From Eledone cirrhosa (taxonomy: Eukaryota), in NCBI GenBank assembly GCA_964016885.1, contig OZ024741.1, forward strand, positions 190,898,001-190,962,000: 64,000 nucleotides of DNA, read 5' to 3'. Shown piece by piece: positions 54,039-64,000 of this stretch. A program made the translations under genes and the position numbers. The notes under the pieces were generated by a model. The model was not told where the DNA came from. It did not search any database and saw only the letters and a program-made list of their open reading frames with translations. Position 1 is the stretch's first letter. Every line of letters begins with the position of its first letter.

Positions 54039-54399
54039 AGTAGAAGGGGTATTTAATTTATTGGAAGTCTGACAAATATAAATGTTTATAACAAATTTAG
54101 AGCACTCAACATATTACTGGAGTAAATATTCAATGATATTAAATGAATGGAAACTATATTTATAAAACCATATTTATTTTATTATATATATATTTCAAGG
54201 GTACCAAGACACATTGGTACGCTTTCATCTGATAAAATACAAAGTTTGTTTTTTAAATAGAGACATACCCATGAAAATCATACCTTATCGGTTGGATATT
54301 CACTGGATAGTGGAAATATATTAGGGATTATTCAAACTTATGTGTGAATATGCAAATGAATATGTAAATAATTTTAAAACAACCGTTTATTTAAACGAC

Positions 54400-54479
<80 letters not shown>

Positions 54480-55600
54480 ATAAGAGGAGAAGGATAAAAT
54501 AGTGCGAGAGAGAGAGAAGAAGAAGAAAGAATCAAGAGAAGATGAATAAAAACTCATATAACGTTAATTTGAGGGAAATATATTCTAAGCATATATCTTA
54601 ATAGTACGTGTATTTACGATTATTAGTTGTTTAAAATTTGTTTATAATATAATATTTTTCTTCTGTTATAAGTAGATAAATAAATAAATAAATACATAAA
54701 TAAATAAATGGGTATATCATGTTATAGATAATTTTTCTAATGAGTTATGAGGGATATTGGTTTTGCATTTAATGTAAATAAATATTAAGTTAAATTAAAT
54801 TAAATTAACTGAGTTAATAAGAGTATTTATATTTATATGATTTAAAATGGGAAGATACGGAAAAAACTCCGGTTTAATTTATTTATTCGTTAGTGTGAGA
54901 CTATTTAGTCAAAATAAGTATAGATGTTGAAACATACATTTAGCCAGAATCAGTTAGTGGTTATAAATCTATTGAAAAATATTGAAAAAATATTGATAAA
55001 GTATTGAAAAAATATTGAAAAAGTATTGAAAAAATATTGAAAAATTTGAGAAAAAAAAAAATTTATAAGAGATAAGTAATTTTTAAAGAAATAAAAATTA
55101 AAGAAATAAAAATAAAGAAATAAAAATTATCAAAATTAAAATTAAAATTAAAATTAAAATTAAAATTAAAATTAAAATTAAAATTAAAATTAAAATAAAA
55201 AAAAAAGATTAGAATTATATACGTATATATTTTATGAAACTTTAAGAAGTGGAATTACAGCAAATGTTATAGTTATTATGATTTAGAGGTATCATTATAT
55301 TAAAACCAAGTGGATGAGATTGTTATGGAAATAAGTAGAAATATTATAAGTATAATTATAAGTTATATAGTTCTGAATGTTGAATCCTGGCGATGTCTAC
55401 AAGAATTAAATAAATTCGTTCTTAGATTATTAGAGTTTTTACATTTAACTATGAAAAATATTTCCTCAATACACAATTTTCAGAATCTAGATAAAGTTGT
55501 GTTTCGGTACACGGGTGCTTTTGAAACTTTCCATATTCTTGCATTTTACGTTATCCCTCATAACTCATTAGAAAAATTATCTATAACATGATATACCCAT

Positions 55601-55655
<55 letters not shown>

Positions 55656-56152
55656 TGTATTCATTTATTTATTTATCGACTTATAACAGAAGAAAAATAT
55701 TATATTATAAACAAATTTTAAACAACTAATAATCGTAAATACACGTACTATTAAGATATATACTTAGAATATATTTCCATCAAATTAACGTTATATGAGT
55801 TTTTATTCATCTTCTCTTGTTTCTTTCCTCTCTCTCGCACTATTTTAACCTTCTCCTCTTATCTCTTCTCTCTCTCCATAGTCGTTTAAATAAACGGTTG
55901 TTTTTCAATTAGTTACATATTCATTTGCATATTCGCACATAAGTTTGAAAAATCCCTAATATATTTCCACTATCCAGTGAATATCCAACCGATAAGGTAT
56001 AATTTTCATGGGTATGTCTCTATTTATAAAACAAACTTTGTATTTTATCTGATGAAAGCGTACCAATGTGTCTTGGTACTCTTGAAATATATATATAATA
56101 AAATAAATATGGTTTTATAAATATAGTTTCGATTCATTTAATATCATTGAAT
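54039..56152 (-). mobile_element. Second Penelope-like element (related subfamily): about 600-bp inverted arms and GIY-YIG C-terminal remnant
   Basis: Arms 54128-54756 and 55552-56152; tail 54039-54127 homologous to 50140-50233. Minus strand 55370-55533 reads SKAPVYRNTTLSRF*KLCIEEIFFIVKCKNSNNLRTNLFNSCRH. Hammerhead CTGATGA...GAAAT at 56049-56088. Confidence 0.9.
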
Positions 56153-56708
56153 TATATATGTTTATATGTATATATATGTGTATGTGTTGATATGTGTGTG
56201 TGTATGTTTATAATATATATGGACTGTAAATATATTTACATATAGGGAAGTGAATATGTGAGCTAGCATGTCCGCCCCACTCTTCCTCTCCCAAACCAAT
56301 ATCAACGACACATTTTTGACAAATGTTCCCAAACTATCCTTCTATTCTCTTTTTACTGTCATCCCATTCTTATCAAAAGACATGTATCTTACACCTCATT
56401 AAAACCCAAACATGCACCTAAATTCATCTTTGATATAGAAATTTGTAGAAGATATTCTTTATAAATTTAAGAGAATTGATTCAGCTATGCCATTATATAC
56501 TCATCAAAAGTCAGCTAATGAAATAAAACCAGCAGGAGGGGATGTTTACAACCACCTTCTCAAACACCCTTATCTTGCAACCTCACCATTTTCTGAGTGT
56601 ATATATGTGTGTATGTATGTGTGTGTGTTGCGTGTGTGTGTGTATGTATGCTTTAATTCCTCCAAATCTTCATTAACACCACACCCCAGACACATCAAAA
56701 TCTTTAAA

Positions 56709-57636
56709 AAAAAAGTGAAGATAATACGTCGTTATGTGGAGCGCTGAGAACAATTACACGCAAAGACAAAACCACGTTTATGGTATAAATGAAGTCGTAG
56801 ACTAAAATTCTATTTAGGAAACCGAATGATTCTCGGCTTCGGAGTTAAGAATAATGTAAATATATATGGGTATGTATGAGTGCGTATGTGTGTTTGTACG
56901 TATGTATGATGTGTACATAGGGTTTTGGTATATGTACATTTGGTGAACATATGTGTATTTACCTGTAGGTATATATGTGCGCGCGTTATATATGCCTTTA
57001 TGCGTGTATATTTATATGTGTATTTGGTGTATACGTTCGTATGTGTGCGGGTATATTTGTCGCGCCGGTTTACGCACGTGTGCGCGTGTTTATGTGTACG
57101 TGCATGTATATGCATGCATGGCGTGTGTTTTCATGTATGCATGTGTATGTACGTATGTAGATGTGTGTATTATATATTTAACTATTATTACTTTTATGAT
57201 TTTAATAACCTCTATCATTTTCGTTCAACTAATTTATTTACATTATTCTTAACTCCGAAGCCGAGAATCATTCGGTTTCCTAAATAGAATATTGGTTATA
57301 CCATTAACGTGGTTTTATCTTTGCGTGTAATTGTTCTCACCGCTCCACAAAACGACGTATTATCTTCGCTTTTTTCCGTTCATTGCCAGGGAACGTCTTC
57401 ACGAACCAAAGTATCGGCTTCCTGTTTTCCTTCGGTTGCAACGTTTTTCGAAATATTTACTTCTGCGTTTAAAGATTGATTTTTTTAATTTCAGAAGATC
57501 CCGTTAAGGGTGAATACAACGATTCTTTGCTTAAACTTTAATCTGTTTTTTAAAAATAAATATTTGATCTAAGGTTCTTATATATTTGATATATATTTAT
57601 CTTTATCGAGTCCTCTTTGGATTTTAGTCTTCACAT
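56709..57636. repeat. About 150-bp inverted repeat pair around a simple-repeat spacer, with single-copy extension; probably PLE-derived
   Basis: 56709-56862 vs 57235-57375 are reverse complements with an indel. Degenerate hammerhead-like cagaaga-tcccgttaagggt-gaatac at about 57492-57517. Confidence 0.65.
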
Positions 57637-57766
57637 TTATTATTATTACTATATATATATATATATATATATATATGCGTGTGTGTGTGTATACACACAC
57701 ACACATTTTTATATATACATATATATACATATATATATATACATATACACACACAGATATATACAC

Positions 57767-57839
<73 letters not shown>

Positions 57840-57855
57840 CACACATACGTATATC

Positions 57856-58428
<573 letters not shown>

Positions 58429-58743
58429 CATTTGTGTACAACACAGACCCCCTTTTGACCAGAAAAATGTCAAATGCACAAGAGAAACCAGGAACATTGA
58501 AGACATAAAAAGAAATATGGCTTTGTACAATCTGTGGAATATACTATATACAGTATCTGTAAAACTTTATTCAAACATTTTATTATATAATATTGTATAG
58601 AATTGGAACACTCATTGTTAGAACTGACAGATGTCTAAAAGACAGGTGTAACTTCTACTTCCTCAAATTTTCAGGTAGTTGGCTTCTCCCGCTACTGATG
58701 TCCATTGTATTGATGGAGAGGTCAGCAAAGATTTGAGAAACTA

Positions 58744-58918
58744 TTGGCAGTATCGGTAGAGGGTCGGACGCCATGCTTTCCAGCATAGTTACGCCCCTTT
58801 ACGATCTGAGTTCAAATCCCGCCGAGGTTGACTTTGCCTTTCATCCTTACGGGGTCGATAACATAAAGTACCAGTAATTCACTGAGTAATTGCTGGCCTT
58901 GTGCCTAAAGTAGACACA
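58744..58918 (+). mobile_element. tRNA-derived SINE, sense orientation (Nin/Deu-type central domain)
   Basis: A-box-like TGGCAGTATCGG, B box GAGTTCAAATCC, then gcctttcatccttacggggtcgata...aagtaccag; three more copies in the window. Confidence 0.88.
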
Positions 58919-59311
58919 AATATTGTATAAGGAAAGGTACGAACGAAGTCAAAAGGTACTCAGAGTTGGAAAATTCTTGATACAGTTTCCTGTCTTCTGC
59001 TGATTATTTTCTTGGGAACAGGTCTAAAAAAAGCTGGAAACATTTAGCTATGGTGTATGCCGCACACCAAAAGAACAAATAAGGAAAAAGTGAAAAAAAA
59101 CTGTGCTATATACATGGAAGAACACAGTATATATATGTGTGTGTGTGTATATATGTGGTGTGTGTAGTATACACTATATAAGGACTATTATACTGTAGCA
59201 TATATAAGTAGGAACTACATGGAAACATACTATAATGAAACAACTGTAATATGATAAAACTGATTAAATATCAATATTCAGTGATTTATTCTCCATCACT
59301 TTTGTAGTTTA

Positions 59312-62300
59312 CTGGTTATATATTTAGTAAATGACATATATGTGTATTGTCTGTATGTGTATGTGCCTGAAAGTATCTATCTGTGTGTGCTGGTTATATA
59401 ATTAGTAGATGACATATATGTGTATTGTCTATATGTGTATGTGCCTGAACGTATCTGTATGTGTGCTGGTTATATATTTAGTAGATGACATATATGTGTA
59501 TTGTCTATATGTGTATGTGCCTGAATGTATCTATGTGTGCTGGTTATATATTTAGTAGATGACATATATGTGTATTGTCTGTATGTGTATGTGCCTGAAT
59601 GTATCTGTATGTGTGCTGGTTATATATTTAGTAGATGACATATATGTGTATTGCCTGTATGTGTATGTGCCTGAATGTATCTGTATGTGTGCTGGTTATA
59701 TATTTAGTAGATGACATATATGTGTATTGTCTGTATGTGTATGTGCTTGAATGTATCTGTATGTGTGCTGGTTATATATTTAGTAAATGACATATATGTG
59801 TATTGTCTGTATGGGTATGTGCCTGAATGTATCTGTATGTGTGCTGGTTATATATTTAGTAAATGACATATATGTGTATTGTCTGTATGTGTATGTGCTT
59901 GAATGTATCTGTATGTGTGCTGGTTATATATTTAGTAAATGACATATATGTGTATTGTCTGTATGTGTATGTGCCTGAAAGTATCTGTATGTGAGCTGGT
60001 TATATATTTAGTAAATGACATATACGTGTATTGTCTGTATGTGTATGTGCCTGAATGTATCTGTATGTGTGCTGGTTATATATTTAGTAAATGACATATA
60101 TGTGTATTGTCTGTATGTGTATGTGCCTGAATGTATCTGTATGTGTGCTGGTTATATATTTAGTAGATGACATATATGTGTATTGTCTGTATGTGTATGT
60201 GTCTGAATGTATCTGTATGTGTGATGGTTATATATTTAATAGATGACATATATGTGTATTGTCTGTATGTGTATGTGCCTGAATGTATCTGTATGTGTGC
60301 TGGTTATATATTTAGTAAATGACATATATGTGTATTGTCTGTATGTGTATGTGCCTGAATGTATCTGTATGTGTGCTGGTTATATATTTAGTAAATGACA
60401 TATATGTGTATTGTCTGTATGTGTATGTGCCTGAAAGTATCTGTATGTGTGCTGGTTATATATTTAGTAGATGACATATATGTGTATTGTCTGTATATGT
60501 GTATGTGTCTGAATGTATCTGTATGTGTGCTGGTTATATATTTAGTAGATGACATATATGTGTATTGTCTATATGTGTATGTGCCTGAATGTATCTGTAT
60601 GTGTGCTGGTTATATATTTAGTAGATGACATATATGTGTATTGTCTATATGTGTATGTGCCTGAATGTATCTGTATGTGTGCTGGTTATATATTTAGTAA
60701 ATGACATATATGTGTATTGTCTGTATGTGTATGTGCCTGAATGTATCTGTATGTGTGCTGGTTATATATTTAGTAGATGACATATATGTGTATTGTCTGT
60801 ATGTGTATGTGCCTGAAAGTATGTGTATGTGTGCTGGTTATATATTTAGTAAATGACATATATATGTATTGTCTGTATGTGTATGTGCCTGAAAGTATCT
60901 GTATGTGTGCTGGTTATATATTTAGTAGATGACATATATGTGTATTGTCTGTATGTGTATGTGCCTGAAAATATCTGTATGTGTGCTGGTTATATATTTA
61001 GTAGATGACATATATGTGTATTGTCTGTATGTGTATGTGCCTGAATGTATCTGTATGTGTGCTGGTTATATATTTAGTAAATGACATATATGTGTATTGT
61101 CTGTATGTGTATGTGCCTGAAAGTATCTGTATGTGTGCTGGTTATATATTTAGTAGATGACATATATGTGTATTGTCTGTATATGTGTATGTGTCTGAAT
61201 GTATCTGTATGTGTGCTGGTTATATATTTAGTAGATGACATATATGTGTATTGTCTATATGTGTATGTGCCTGAATGTATCTGTATGTGTGCTGGTTATA
61301 TATTTAGTAGATGACATATATGTGTATTGTCTATATGTGTATGTGCCTGAATGTATCTGTATGTGTGCTGGTTATATATTTAGTAAATGACATATATGTG
61401 TATTGTCTGTATGTGTATGTGCCGGAATGTATCTGTATGTGTGCTGGTTATATATTTAGTAGATGACATATATGTGTATTGTCTGTATGTGTATGTGCCT
61501 GAAAGTATGTGTATGTGTGCTGGTTATATATTTAGTAAATGACATATATGTGTATTGTCTGTATGTGTATGTGCCTGAAAGTATCTGTATGTGTGCTGGT
61601 TATATATTTAGTAAATGACATATATGTGTATTGTCTGTATGTGTATGTGCCTGAAAGTATCTGTATGTGAGCTGGTTATATATTTAGTAAATGACATATA
61701 TGTGTATTGTCTGTATGTGTATGTGCCTGAATGTATCTGTATGTGTGCTGGTTATATATTTAGTAAATGACATATATGTGTATTGTCTGTATGTGTATGT
61801 GCCTGAATGTATCTGTATGTGTGCTGGTTATATATTTAGTAAATGACATATATGTGTATTGACTGTATGTGTATGTGCCTGAATGTATCTGTATGTCTGC
61901 TGGTTATATATTTAGTAGATGACATATATGTGTATTGTCTGTATGTGTATGTGCCTGAAAGTATCTGTATGTGTGCTGGTTATATATTTAGTAGATGACA
62001 TATATGTGTATGTGTCTGAATCTATCTGTATGTGTGCTGGTTATATATTTAGTAAATGACATATATGTGTATTGTCTGTATGTGTATGTGCCTGAATGTA
62101 TCTGTATGTGTGCTGGTTATATATTTAGTAAATGACATATATGTGTATTCTCTGTATGTGTATGCGCCTGAATGTATCTGTATGTCTGCTGGTTATATAT
62201 TTAGTAGATGACATATATGTGTATTGTCTGTATGTGTATGTGCCTGAAAGTATCTGTATGTGTGCTGGTTATATATTTAGTAGATGACATATATGTGTAT

Positions 62301-64000
62301 GTGTCTGAATGTATCTGTATGTGTGCTGGTTATATATTTAGTAAATGACATATATGTGTATTGTCTGTATGTGTATGTGCCTGAATGTATCTGTATGTGT
62401 GCTGGTTATATATTTAGTAAATGACATATATCTGTATTGTCTGTATGTGTATGTGCCTGAATGTATCTGTATGTCTGCTGGTTATATATTTAGTAGATGA
62501 CATATATGTGTATTGTCTGTATGTGTATGTGCCTGAAAGTATCTGTATGTGTGCTGGTTATATATTTAGTAGATGACATATATGTGTATTGTCTGTATGT
62601 GTATGTGCCTGAATGTATCTGTATGTGTGCTGGTTATATATTTAGTAAATGACATATATGTGTATTGTCTGTATGTGTATGTGCCTGAATGTATCTGTAT
62701 GTGTGCTGGTTATATATTTAGTAAATGACATATATGTGTATTGTCTGTATGTGTATGTGCCTGAAAGTATCTGTATGTGTGCTGGTTATATATTTAGTAG
62801 ATGACATATATGTGTATTGTCTGTATATGTGTATGTGCCTGAAAATATCTGTATGTGTGCTGGTTATATATTTAGTAGATGACATATATGTGTATTGTCT
62901 GTATGTGTATGTGCCTGAATGTATCTTTATGTGTGCTGGTTATATATTTAGTAAATGCCATATATGTGTATTGTCTGTATGTGTATGTATCTGAATGTAT
63001 CTGTATGTGTGCTGGTTATATATTTAGTAAATGACATATATGTGTATTGTCTGTATGTGTATGTGTCTGAATATATCTGTATGTGTGCTGGTTATATATT
63101 TAGTAAATGACATATATGTGTATTGTCTGTATGTGTATGTGCCTGAATGTATCTGTATGTGTGCTGGTTATATATTTAGTAGATGACATATATGTGTATT
63201 GTCTGTATGTGTATGTGCCTGAATGTATCTGTATGTGTGCTGGTTATATATTTAGTAAATGACATATATGTGTATTGTCTGTATGTGTATGTGCCTGAAT
63301 GTATCTGTATGTGTGCTGGTTATATATTTAGTAAATGCCATATATGTGTATTGTCTGTATGTGTATGTATCTGAATGTATCTGTATGTGTGCTGGTTATA
63401 TATTTAGTAGATGACATATATATGTATTGTCTGTATGTGTATGTGTCTGAATATATCTGTATGTGTGCTGGTTATATATTTAGTAAATGACATATATATG
63501 TATTGTCTGTATGTGTATGTGCCTGAATGTATCTGTATGTGTGCTGGTTATATATTTAGTAGATGACATATATGTGTATTGTCTGTATGTGTATGTGCCT
63601 GAATGTATCTGTATGTGTGCTGGTTATATATTTAGTAAATGACATATATGTGTATTGTCTGTATGTGTATGTGCCTGAATGTATCTGTATGTCTGCTGGT
63701 TATATATTTAGTAAATGACATATATGTGTATTGTCTGTATGTGTATGTATCTGAATGTATCTGTATGTGTGCTGGTTATATATTTAGTAGATGACATATA
63801 TGTGTATTGTCTGTATGTGTATGTATCTGAATGTATCTGTATGTGTGCTGGTTATATATTTAGTAGATGACATATATATGTATTGTCTGTATGTGTACGT
63901 GCCTGAATGTATCTGTATGTGTGCTGGTTATTTATTTAGTAGATGACATATATGTGTATTGTCTGTATGTGTATGTGCCTGAATGTATCTGTATGTGTGC
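59312..64000. repeat. 76-bp tandem satellite array; runs off the right edge of the window
   Basis: Consensus GCTGGTTATATATTTAGTARATGACATATATGTGTATTGTCTGTATGTGTATGTGCCTGAATGTATCTGTATGTGT, about 62 copies, with occasional 78-bp and 60-bp variants. Confidence 0.99.

Noticed and set aside
58744-58825. tRNA gene
   Set aside because: A and B boxes are present but no cloverleaf is evident; it continues into a SINE body found four times in the window.

Overview
Eukaryotic, repeat-dominated DNA. The SINE, RTE and Penelope content and the dense (TA)n tracts suggest a coleoid cephalopod (octopod-like); this is an inference. The window has three parts. (1) 1-37476 is a 40-bp satellite with a recurrent 29-bp deletion monomer and nested higher-order duplications (about 1.2-2.5, 11.7 and 18.2 kb). 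(2) 37.5-59.3 kb is a mosaic holding one clear + strand exon for part of a PLAT/LH2 domain (LOXHD1-like, apparently ending at a GC donor), degraded RTE LINEs, tRNA-derived SINEs, and about ten Penelope-like fold-back elements mostly bounded by (TA)n, several carrying hammerhead ribozyme motifs. Two of these hammerheads have the compensatory U3-A8 core (TTGAAAA, TTGATAA) instead of CTGAnGA, and one lies in a 320-bp retrozyme-like unit. (3) 59312-64000 is a 76-bp satellite that shares motif blocks with the 40-bp satellite. Most ORFs in the supplied track are microsatellite or antisense artefacts. All coordinates, alignments and folds were read by eye.
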